From Azolla caroliniana (Eukaryota > Plantae > Polypodiophyta): a DNA stretch of 64,000 bases. Below the pieces are notes generated by a model, which was given only the letters and a program-made list of their open reading frames with translations, searched no databases and was not told the origin of the DNA. The DNA is taken from NCBI GenBank assembly GCA_043228905.1, contig JBHGNT010000003.1, positions 11,532,001 to 11,596,000 on the forward strand, read 5' to 3'. Each line of letters starts with the position of its first letter. The stretch's first letter is position 1. Both the position numbers and the translations under genes were made by a program. Of this stretch, positions 23,665 to 35,400 are shown one piece after another.

Positions 23665-26600
23665 ATGCCGATTGTCATATCTGATAACCTGCGCCGCTGG
23701 CTCGTTCGCAATAAATTACAAGGATTCTTGAAAGTCACAAAAACAGAGCTGCACCCGAATGCGGAAGCTTTGATGGCAGAAATCAATGTCTCGACGATCA
23801 CTAATAAGAAGGTAGGAGCCATGTTGGAGATGCCAAGAGGCGGGTTCGTCGTTGTCAACAAGGTCACAAAGGATGGTCTGCGGTCCTATTTCAGTGAATA
23901 TTCGCCCTCTGCCAAAGCGTATCAGACACAAGGAGGTAGGGACGTGTTTTTCCATGAAGTTGCAAAAATTTTACTGGAAGTAGGGTTTGTCAGTCCGAGA
24001 TTCTACTATATGCCCAAAAAGAGGTCCGAATTTATTATCGTCACTTATGAAGGTGAAGCTTTCGATTGGGGGCTACTGTCCGCAGATGCTTTGAGAGAGC
24101 AATTGAACGGAGTTCAGACGGGCAAACCAATGAAGCTGATTTTTGCTCGGTGGTTATCGATATTATTTCCGACTTCAAAGCCAGAAAACCGATCAGAGGT
24201 GCGTCGACCGCCTCAGGTACAGTCATCCCGAACCCGATGACAAGTCCAACGGGAAGAGTGGAGGGAAGAAGAATCAACGCAGGACGATACCACTCAGACC
24301 GAATTTGACCAACCGAACCCAAGGCAACAACAAGAATCAGAACAACAACAGTCGACGCAGTCTCAACAGTCGACACCGCAACCCGAACCTGCCCAGCAAC
24401 CGCTGACTCAACAACCAAAGTTTCAACCACAGAGGATGCAACAACGCGGGACGATAGATGAGCAACCCTCACAACAACAGGAATCGAGACAAGTCAACAT
24501 TGACCAGCAACCGCCGAAGCAACGCACGATTAAACAACGGTCCCAAAGATATTCTAGACCGGAGCAAGAACAACATGCGCAGAAGAAACAGAGAACTAAT
24601 GATCAAGCTGCCCAAAGCACACAAGTACCTTGTGTCAATCCAAATGACATGTCATGAGTTCAAAAAGGGCAGGCATCAACAACAACGGTGCAAGAGGCAC
24701 TCGGTTTTTCCGACATCCCGGCAGCAGCACATGAGCTAGCTGCCATTGTGCAGTTCGGAACATCATATGAACTAGTAGAATGGTTAGCTAAAAGACTTCA
24801 AGAAGTGTTGGAAAGAAAGAGCACCGAGATCAAATAATGATCCAAAAGTCATTATGTGGAGCTATCGAACCCAACGAGCAAGCGGAAGTGGATAGAATTG
24901 GTTGACAACGAAATGCTAAAATTAGAGGTGAAGCCATTCAAATACCACCGTTACATGAGGCACTGGTGGAAGTCCACCGGGAATATGAAAAGGCTAGCAG
25001 AGCAGCCAGGGATATGGCTGAATTATATAAACAGGCTATAGTAGCTGCAGATGTGCTTAATGCACAGTATAAACAGACGCAGGTAGAAAATCAGCAGTTG
25101 AAGAATAAACTGCAAGAAGAACAAGTGGCTCTAGAAAAAGTGAGAGAACAGATAATACAACTAGAGTCACAAAGAAAACCTTTGGAGACGGATTTGGAAT
25201 TACAAAAGAGGTTGGACTAAGCCGAAAAAGCACGAAGAGAAGCAGAAATTAGGGTAGAAAAGACCGAAGACAGGTCCAGAGAAATGGACGCTCGATTACA
25301 GTCGGCAAAAACGGCGGCCGACAGATGTTTGGGGGAAAAAGATAATGTGATACAAGAATTACGCTGACAGTTAGCCCAATAGCAAGAGGCTACAAGGCAA
25401 CAAGTTGAGGAACTGGAAGAGTATGTCAAGAGCCAAGAGACTTGTTTTACCACACAATTGGCTGGTAAAGACAAACTCATAGACGAAATCAACGAAAAAA
25501 TGATTCAGCAGCAGAACAACTGGAATGAGGAAAAAGTGAAGCTGGAAAACCGATGTGCAGAAGTTCAAATGGTCTCCGAGAAAAAACGACTTGACTTGTT
25601 AGCGGCACAAGCTAAACTGATGCAGGCAGTGTTAGGAAACAGGTCCCTCCGGATGAGGAGTACCCAGCTACGGAAGACCCGGTGAGAACCGGATGAGGAG
25701 TACCCGGCAAGATCCGGATGGTGAAGGCCCGGTGAGAAGTGCTCACCGGATGAAGGGACATATTCGTAAATATGTTTCCTAAGAGGCCATCGGGGCTATA
25801 TTTGTAAATAGCCGAAAAGTCATATTAGTATAAATAGCGAGTAGTTGTCATTCTTCTTGGTGCAAGATTAGAGCGCGTAACTATGTATAGAGAGAGTGAG
25901 AGAGAGAGAAAGAGACAAAGAATTTGTATCTCTGTTGTAACCGCCGCCTGTGGCGAAGATAGCAAGCTCGAGGTCGTTGCATCGGTGCTTTACTATTGTA
26001 TATTGTTACATAGTGATAGTTAGCAATCAGTGGACTACCGTGGTTTTTCCCGTGTTTGGGTTTTCCACGTAAACATCCTGTGTACGCTTCTCTCCATTGT
26101 GTCGTGCATTCATTCCCCGTTTTTTCTATGTTTTTTTATTCTAAGCTCGGTTGTGGCTGAGCGTTGTTCATCGGGAGCATGTAGTTCCTGTCAGGCAGAA
26201 GGACATACGAATGCGGTAATCATTGATTTGCGGAATACATTGGCAACATCACAGTTTGAGGCTAGAATGACTCAGGACAGGGTTCAAGCGATCATTACAT
26301 GTCACCGACTTAACACCTTAAAATTGGTCAATGAATCGTTGGAGAAGGGTTGGCAAACATGGTCGGCGCAAGCCGCGGAGCTTTAGCTATTAAGAGCCGA
26401 CAGAGAAAATAGGAAAGTTCAGGGCAAAGGCTTCCTCAAGAGGTCGGAGGAAGCAATGACCACAGTTCAGTGGTAAGGACCTATACAACATGGTGGAGAA
26501 GAAATTAACCGAGTCATGCAGGAATTCGACAAGCATGATGTCAAGACATCCATCACGTTAGACAATATTGAAGCCGAAAGAGTAACCAAAACACCTGGAC

Positions 26601-26809
26601 TCGGAGCACCGGATTCAACAGAGCCAAGACCATCGACCGAAGAAGCCAGCCAGGAAAACAACGACGGGGAGGACACCGAAGATGAAGACGAAGACGATGT
26701 AGGCGTGGCAACACAGGAAGCAGAACCCTCATTATTCGACATTTTACAGGACGACCCAAACGATGATTTGGAGATGGAGGAAGATCTTTCCTCAGAGCAG
26801 CAGGAGTGA
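23665..26809 (+). pseudogene. Extra ORF (ORF3) of B, decayed and split by a solo LTR
   Basis: A globular-looking 191-aa N-terminal piece, a Q-rich linker, coiled-coil pieces and an acidic tail. WSAQAAEL*LLRADRENR matches ORF3 of G. Confidence 0.7.
25630..26193 (+). mobile_element. Copia solo LTR (D/C/E LTR family)
   Basis: TGTTAGG...TGTCA with TSD GGCAG on both sides (25625-25629 and 26194-26198). It is similar to 52785-53704. Confidence 0.9.
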
Positions 26810-26841
26810 AGGGTTCCCCTGGGTTTGCCGGACAACGTCTT

Positions 26842-26858
26842 GGCCCACGGGCGTGCCA
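26842..26858 (+). other. Sense tRNA-3'-end-like motif at the PPT position of B
   Basis: GGCCCACGGGCGTGCCA, then AG, then the 3' LTR. There is no adjacent purine tract. Confidence 0.75.
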
Positions 26859-26860
26859 AG

Positions 26861-27305
26861 TGTTACCCGGACAAGTATGGATGCGTCGGAGTCGGAGTCG
26901 GAGTCGGATCGACAGTTCGGATCGATGACTCAGCAGATAGCCGAATAGGACATAGTTAGTCATGAAGCTTTGTATTTCTTGATAATTATAGGCAGTAGGA
27001 TTTCTTGATGAGAAAAGACCCTCGGGTTACCTATAAAAGGAACCAAAGGCATTGTAAAAATCTATCGTTGTATTTAGTAATATAAATTTTTGTTAGGAAA
27101 TCTCTGTGTACGGATTGCTTCTTGCCATCTATTTCTTTCTGTTTAAACTATATTACATAAGTCACGATCTCGGTTTCTATTATCACCGATAAGTTTACAA
27201 ATAATTCGTATCTATTCGTCTAACCACAACTTCTTGATAGAACATTCGGTACGAACGTTCGTCTTATACTGTGTCGACAAAGTAGTAATTGTCAACTGAA
27301 CAACA
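26861..27305 (+). repeat. 3' LTR of B
   Basis: Direct repeat of 13892-14326. Confidence 0.93.
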
Positions 27306-30300
27306 TTACACTTTCCAAATGGTAAAAACCCTAGTTGGGATGGTGTTACAAATGAAGTTTTTAAGAAATATGTTGGCATGCTTAAGACTCCATTCACGCA
27401 AATGTTTGAACAATGTTGGGATTCTGGTTTCATGCCTAAGAGCCGGAAGGTGGGCTTAATCAAATTGATACCAAAGGTACCATCTCTGGACTCATTTCAT
27501 CAATGGAGGCCTATTTCATTGATGGGAGGGTTGTACAAAGTGTTTGCAAAGATATTATCCAACAGACTTCAGAAGTTCTTACCTCAACTTATTCATCCAT
27601 CTCAATATGGTTTTATTACAGGTAGAAATATATTGCATAATGTTTTGAATGTTCAAATGGCTACTAATTATGATCGACATACACATCAAGAAATGGTTAT
27701 GGTGCAATTAGATTTAGAAAAAGCATATGATCATGTTAATTTGTCTTTCCTCTCAGGTGTGATGTATAATATGGGGTTCGGTCCTTGTATGTGTCGACCT
27801 ATCATTTTGCTACGGCAAAATGCAACGTCGTGTGTGATGCTTAATGCTGGAGTTACTCTGAAAGTGTTTCTTACTAGATTCGTGTAGCAAGGATGTCCAC
27901 TAAGCCCATTGTTATTTGCTATTGTTACATATCCTTTGTTAGTAATGTTGTAAAATCTTGTGGCTAGTGGTGATATTGTGGGTTTGCATCTTTTCTGGTG
28001 GACAATTGGTGGCACAAGCATTGTCTGATGATTCTTTTATGTTTTTACAAGCCTCAAAAGACAATCTTGAAAGGAGTATGCAAGTTTGGGATCAATTTGC
28101 TTTGGCTTCCGGGTTGTATATAAATTGGAGGAAGTCTTGCCTTATTTCTTGTACGGAGAGTGATTTGGAATGTTTGGGATGGCGAGGGTCAGTGATTACA
28201 CGAGGATCAATTTATCAACATTTGGGTTATCCATTGGGTGTTGATGTTACAAATGTTCAATTGATTGATTGGATTGGTAGTAAATTGAAGGACAAATTTA
28301 TGTATTCGAAGTCTCAATTATTGCCCTTTCATGTACGACTCAAAGTGGTGCAATGTATCTTGATACCCATATTATTATATTTTTTGCCTTTACTACCTTG
28401 GACTAAGAAGGCATTACAAAACATGTTGTGGCGGAAGGGAGAATTGATGGGAACTACATGGATTTCATGGGACCATTTGGCTACTCCTAAAAGGTTAGGT
28501 GGTGCAGCAATATTGGATTTGGAAAGGCATTTGATGGCTCGTAGATTTGCATTATTACGAGATATATCTCAACAAGAGCAACCATGGATATCTATGATGC
28601 AATATTTTATTGAGCGTGAAGGATTGGTGCACGGGAAAACAAAGATTCAAGCATCCCGGTGGTCATTACTCAATGGAAGTATTCCTCTAAAGATTCAACA
28701 TTCTGTATGTGGACAACATTTGCTAAGATCGTGGCAAGATGCATTATATCTTTTTGAATGGGGAACATCTAGTGATCGAGAATATTGTAATTCATTACAA
28801 AATGAATTGCTTGTTTCTTCTTGAGTGTTGTTTTGGCATGGGAAAGAGAAGTTGAGATCTCAATTCAATCGTTTATTTCGATTGGGGATTGTACATTTGG
28901 AAGATGTGGTTGATAATGAATCACAAAGTTTGTCGGATTTTCAAGATGCCAAGCAATGGTTATGTATTCCCTCAAATTATGGATTTATTTGGGAGAAATT
29001 ACAAGATATACCATTGTTGCAAGGAACTTTGCCATTGAAAACAATTTTGCACCTTGGGTGGATTGGCGGTTACAAGATGGTACACACTTGTTACAGGTCA
29101 CTACAAATATATTGTATCATCATGCGATGGAATCATTATCTTAGCTATCTCCTAAAGCATCAAAGTTGTGGAATGTATGTAAGTCAAATGCAAGGTGGGC
29201 GAAAATATTACAACGTGGTTGGCATTCCCATGCCAAGATAGGAAGAGCTTGGTTCAGTTCCTGGCAACCAAGCCAGACCATGAGCACAAAAGAGACTCCC
29301 TCAAAGGTGAAAAGCCAAGAGGATTTTTTAATTAGGTTATTAAAGCATGGAACCGTAATAGCCCAAAGCATATTAAGTCCCCTAATTTTTGTGAAAGTGG
29401 TGAAAAGCAATTTTGGTTCTCCAAAAATGGATCTTGTAAATTCTCTAGAGTAGAAGACAGAGATATGTGTGGAGTAGAAGGACAAGAAGTACCTAAAAAA
29501 AATTAATATATTGAAAGGTGATGATACAATATGTAGTGCCCTAGTGGCAATTTCATTTGACAACACACTTGGGAGATGGAGAGTATTGTCGCATCAACCT
29601 AAATGACAATTTGAGGTATTTCCAATAAACTTAGTTTACATGTATGCCACCATTGAAGACTTTGGACAGAATGTTGAGGAAGGAAAAATGGTAGAAGTAC
29701 ATATGAAGTACAAGATCGTGGATAAGAAGATGAAACTTATGGCTTCTCCATATGAAGAAAATAGTTTGTGACGGATAAGGAGAGCAGTGACCGATCCTAG
29801 CTTAAGGGAGCAGAGAGGCATAGGGCACACTAGCGCACCTATGAAACATGAGGGAAGCTCGAAATCGGTGGGGGCAGCTTCCTTTTGCTTGAAGAGGATT
29901 GAAGGTTTAGGAGGATGTTGAAAGGACATGGAAGAGCTTTGCATCAACCCTAAGGTGTTGGAGCTAATGGTTATATTGATGGTACCACCTCATGTATCAT
30001 GGAATATCAAGTTGATCTCAATGTTGAGAGTTCACATCATCCCCTTGTTTGACGATGAATTCCACAAGTCACAATGCATAAGTTAGGAGTTAGTTTATTA
30101 CATTAACAAAGATGAAACCCTTGTATAATTTCAGGGACATTGTCGTCATTCTTTGTGGACATTTGAACATTAGGTGTGTATCCAAGGCAGTCTATAACAT
30201 AATGTAATGTTTTATAGATTATCTTAAAGTCCAATCAATTGGATCATCTTGTTGATAATGGCTAAAGAAATGGAGATATTGCTCTAGATCTTCCTTTTTG

Positions 30301-30701
30301 TTTCCCTTTCTACCAAGCTCTTTAGGTTCCGAAAACAATCGAAGACGTCATTGTTCTTCTCTATGAGGTAGATCCACATCTATCGCCTATAGTCGTTGAT
30401 GAAGAGGACGAAATATCGACTCCCACCTATACTCACGTTTTGTGTCGGACTCCACACATCCGAATGAATCAGGTCAAGCTTGTTACGGCTCCAATTTCGC
30501 TCGGTGGGGAAGGAAGCCGGTGTTGCTTCCGTAGTTGACCAACTTCACAAACTTGGGCCTTCCGACCACTGAACTTCGGCAAGCTAAACACAACTTGTTT
30601 CACTTGTAACTTCTGAAGCCGTTGGAAGTTGATGTGGCCAATCCACTTATGCTACAAGTCGATATCCGATTAGAATTTTTGTCCTTTGGCGAACATTGCG
30701 G

Positions 30702-31312
30702 TGTCGCGGATTTCCACATATACGTGTCGGATTAGGCAGAACCACGGGGGTCCTTGACTAGGGAGTCAGAGTCGGAGGTAGAGATGCTACTAAACTTGCA
30801 GTGACCTAACCAGCTCATTTGCCAGAGTTCTTCATTGAGCACATAGGCTCAGAGATTCTGTAGCCAATCTGGCTCTGTCGTCGGATACCAAACAGAACAC
30901 ACGGGGTCACGGACTCAGGTAGAAACGTGCGGAACAAAGAGGGAGAGGAGAAGCAATGCCTCCCGAACATAGAAACATAGATACGGAAGTAAGTCCTACA
31001 TAGAGAGAGAGCACCCGGATGCGACAATACTAAGTAATTTATTAATGACAAAGAAGTATTACAAAGAATGGCCTCCAGGCTAGGAAACTGAGCTTCAAGC
31101 TCAACAACCCGATTTCCTTCCATCACACACTTTATTCCCTTCTTTTTATGGAATCTTAAAAGTATCTATTTAAGTCACACTGTCTCGTACTTTTTATACC
31201 CTACATTTTCCATTTGTTTTATGCAAAGACTCTTTTTATGTGCATCCGTGCACACACCTGTTCACACATGGTCGGCGAGCTTTTCTCCCTTTTGCTCGAA
31301 TCCTCCACGACA
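30702..31312 (-). repeat. 3' LTR of H (internally deleted relative to the 5' LTR)
   Basis: Aligns in blocks to 50535-51361. GGTGGGGGTGGA PPT is adjacent. Confidence 0.82.
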
Positions 31313-32485
31313 TCCACCCCCACCAAACTGCACATCCTCATGAATGTGTCGAATAGTGAAGCAGTGGAGATTCCGGTTGACCCCTTACTCGTCCTCCTCC
31401 GATCTATCGCCCATCCTATCCTCATTCGGCTCCTCGCCCTCGTTGGCGTCCTTGTCCTCCACCTCCGAATTCAGCTCCGCCTCATGTCGCTTTTTGAAGG
31501 CCTTGATCCGCTTCCCCGCAATCTGTACTAGTATTTTCGTCTCGTCGACCTCCAAGGGGTCATACGTGGAATTGTCATTGGCACTCGTCATGACATATGG
31601 CCTAAACCACCGTCTTGTGAACTTCCAGGTTGACCAGTGCTGGTTGTCAAGGATAATGTCCTAGTCGCCTTCTTCTATCTTCCTCGGTCGCAGTCAGTGT
31701 GTCTATTCGAACTACTCCTTGTTTTTCATCCACGCCTCCTTTATCCTTGCCTTCACTTGCTCCACGTCCTTCGATCGCCTCTTGAGTTGTCGAATCCGTG
31801 TTGCCAAAAATTCCTCCCGACTCATCTCGTTGCCCAATCGACTATCATCCATGATGTGATTGTCTGTTCTACCGGCATGATTGCCTTTTGTCCGAACATA
31901 AACTCGGTTGGCATGTACCGAGTTACTGAACTATGCGTAGTTCGGTCAGCCCGCAATGCATATGGCAAGAGTCTCGGCCAATTCCCGACTCGTCAATCGC
32001 AAGCCCGTACAATCGCCTTCACAATCAGACCATGCCCTCATTCGACCTTTCCACTCGCATCCGGATTTTATGCCCTTGTGAGGCAGAGCTTGACCCCTAG
32101 TTGGTCAAACAACTCCGTAGCTTTGTGTGCGTCCAGCTCCCCTCGGTCGACCACTATCTTCCCTAGAGCCATACCAATAGATCACGTCCTCGATCAGGAA
32201 CTTCCACACAGTTGCGGTTGTCTTGTTTGTCAACGCTTGTCCTTCCACCTGGTTCATTAGGTCCTCCCATGCCAGCACCAAGTACCTCATCTGGCCTACC
32301 CCCATCGACATCGTCACTAAATTGACCATCCCCTTAAAGTGGATGGCTGGCGAGTAGGTTGGATGTAAGTCGCGGTGTGGATCCCGGAATTCCCTAGACA
32401 ACTTTTAAATGTCGTCAAGAAATGGTGCACATCCTTGTACATCCGCAACCACTAGTGCCTCTCCTTGAGATTCTCGAATGTAACC

Positions 32486-35400
32486 TATTCAGCGAATAAG
32501 CTCAACCGGATTCAGATCGGTTAAATAAGACAAAGCCGGATCACCAGATAGGTACCCGGATCGAAGTCCAGATAGATGGGTATCTGGAACCTGAAGCCAG
32601 ACCAGAGAACCGGATCGTACCCCGGAATAATGTTAACCGGTAGGCCGTTACAAGCCTACGATTTTAGCCTAGAACGTAGGCAGGCATATTCCTTGGAGTT
32701 AGTGTAGAGGCTCATTTATGAGCATCCAAGTACTTGGGGTACTTGTGTCATTCCGTGTAAGGACTTGTATAAAAGTGCTCCAGAGAGCACTTTCTATGTA
32801 CAGAGTGTTATTATTTTGAATTGCGAGTTTTGTTCTGCTCTCCCATGTACTCTCTATGTGATTCAATCTTCCATTAAACCTTGTCTTTGTTTTCTATTGG
32901 TATCCGGCTAAGCTGGTTTGTCTACGCTTCCGCACATAATTCGTTACATGGTATGAGTGCGAGAGGGTTAAGAACCTCGGTTGCCGACAAGCGATCTCTA
33001 CAGACAAACCCTAATGCCCCGTAAAGAAACAGAAGGAGAGAATGGACCGAGGAATGGCTAGCTCACTCCCGATGGGAAAGCTTGACTAAACCAACTACGC
33101 ATCTTGGTCGTACAAGATGCACTAGTACCTGAGCAGGCACAACTGCTGGAGTTATGTCAACGAACCTAACGATACAACACCTCATGCGGCACACAGGGAC
33201 TTTCAGGCTTGGGAACAAGCGGCAAGCAGGGTGATGTACTGCTTTCCGTCCAGTGTCGGCGATCAGCTAATGAGCCATATTCAGGATGCCAAGATGCTAA
33301 AAGAAGCTTGTTGAAACCTAAACAAGGTCTTGCCCACAAGCACCACGGTCTGGAACTTGCAACTCCGACAAGAGTTGAGGAATGTCCGATAGAAGGACAT
33401 GTTGGTGGCCAACTACGCAGCTTGGATTAAAGACATATGTGACTGACTTGTCTCCATCAACGTGACCATTCAGGAAGATGAGATGGTGTAGGTTAGTCTT
33501 GGGGGCCTAGCGTCAAAGTTCGGAGCATTCCCGATAGCGGTGTGTACAAGGGAGAATACGCCTTCATTTTTCGACTTACAGTTGATGTTCCTTGTAGAGG
33601 AGAACCACGCAGGTGCATCAACGAGTACACACACCGACAACATGATGTTGTACACAAAGGAAAAGGGGCCCCGTGGTTGTGGGGGACAAGGAGGATCAGC
33701 ACGCAATGGAGGCGGCCGACAAAAGCAAAACCGAAGGCATAATCAAAATGCTGACAGTAACTAACACGTTCGAGTTCCCAAGTGGAAGGATTGCGCATTC
33801 CACTTGTAGAATCTTCTTAAAACGAAGCAAATACACCCTCTCTACAAAAATTGGATGCACTAGTATCACATGTTCCTCAACTTGATGAGAATTTTCAAAT
33901 ATAAAAATACATGATAGATCTACGAGTGGAGATCATTAGAAATCATGCAAGTTTAGACATGTTGATAAGTTAATGTAGGCATAATAAAGTTAAACTATGG
34001 CTCAATATGTCACTACTGTGCGACAAGGGAAACACTAACTTAAAGACTTATATTAATTAGGTAAGTTTTACAAAAATATGAGGTGTACTTGTATCCATAC
34101 TAATAAAATGAGATATAATTTATACTTTGACCCATACGTGCATGTATGTAATTGTGGAAAATGTAGGATAGTGCACATTAGGATAAGTGATTGGAATAAC
34201 TAACTTATTAAAGTATTCAATACTTGTATTTAAAGTTGATCTAATCTATTCCTCAATTTGTTCATATGGGATCAAACCATATGTTTATAATTGTGGACAA
34301 TGTTAAGGCAGTGAACTTTAGGATAATGTCGTGGAAATAACAAACCTATTAGGCTTTCATACCTGTATTTAAAATTGATCTACTCTATTGCTTAGGTGAT
34401 TCACACAAGATCAAACTCCGAACGATAACGCAACTGGAACCATTATCAACACACTACATCGTAACACCTCGACCCTTGATATCTCTGATGTGGATATCAT
34501 CGTGTACGACTTCACACTTACAAAAGCCGGACGATTAAGGAAGTCAACAATAGATATAATAAAAGAAAAATTACCAGGTCTACAAGGTGGCTCGAGTCAA
34601 AGGCAAACGAGATCTGCTACATATAATCTACAGTCAAACCATTTGGTTTATGACGAAGATAATGCACTGATTGGTACATCCAAGGATGATGAGGAGGAAT
34701 CGTCATTGTATATTAGTTATAGTAGTGATTCTCCGTAAAGGAGTGATCATGAATGTAAATTTGGCTATTAAGTGTAACTACATTCCGCTTGTAACAAATC
34801 GAGTAATATAAAATCATGTGTTTTGAATTCTTATGATTTCTAAAAAATCGTTTCTTATAAAATAACATTGGTTGTAAAGTTTGTGATATAAATTGAGAAT
34901 GTATCTTTTTGAAATTCGTCTTTTTTTAGTTACTTCTAAATCACGAAAATAGTGGATTTTTAACCTTTTTCATAGTATGTTTGAACATGTATGATATTGG
35001 TATCAATGTGTTTTGTAAAATCATTCAAAAACCCCTAAAATTTCCCTTATCCTTCCATCTATGCGCGATCCTTCCACTTGTGAACGCGAACGTGTTAATA
35101 CGATTTCCTAAACAATAAATGCGTACTATCACCATGGCCCAAAATCTTCATGACAACGCAAGGTAGATTTTGAAGCCCTAAATCGAGTCAAAGTGTCGCT
35201 GGAAACCGGTAATGAAAGGCCGGCATGGAATGCTGATATGTTCATGGTCGGAAGGGCCATAGAGAAAGCGACTGCTGGAAGAGAAGAGTTGATTCAGACA
35301 AGGTCGGGTCGAGCCGGAAATATGCAGACAAGCATCACCGATCGCACTACGCCGGAGACTCGGAGAGACCCAAGTCAGCACTGACCCTCGTAATGAAGCA

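Larger units (their letters stand above)
13892..27305 (+). mobile_element. Non-chromovirus Ty3/gypsy element B with an extra 3' ORF
   Basis: LTRs at 13892-14326 and 26861-27305, TSD TTACA (13887-13891 and 27306-27310), and gag-pol remnants. Confidence 0.93.
12462..29241 (+). pseudogene. L1-like LINE ORF2 (endonuclease plus RT), decayed and split by gypsy B
   Basis: GIYAPNN, AGFNM, SRLDR and LDHFPI before 13891. After 27310 come KNPSWDG, WRPISL, LDLEKAYDHV, QGCPLSPLLF and KRLGG. It is joined across the TTACA TSD. Confidence 0.88.

Noticed and set aside
29240-30200. Unassigned region between the L1 remnant and copia I
   Set aside because: It is probably decayed TE sequence, but I found no motif that supports a call.
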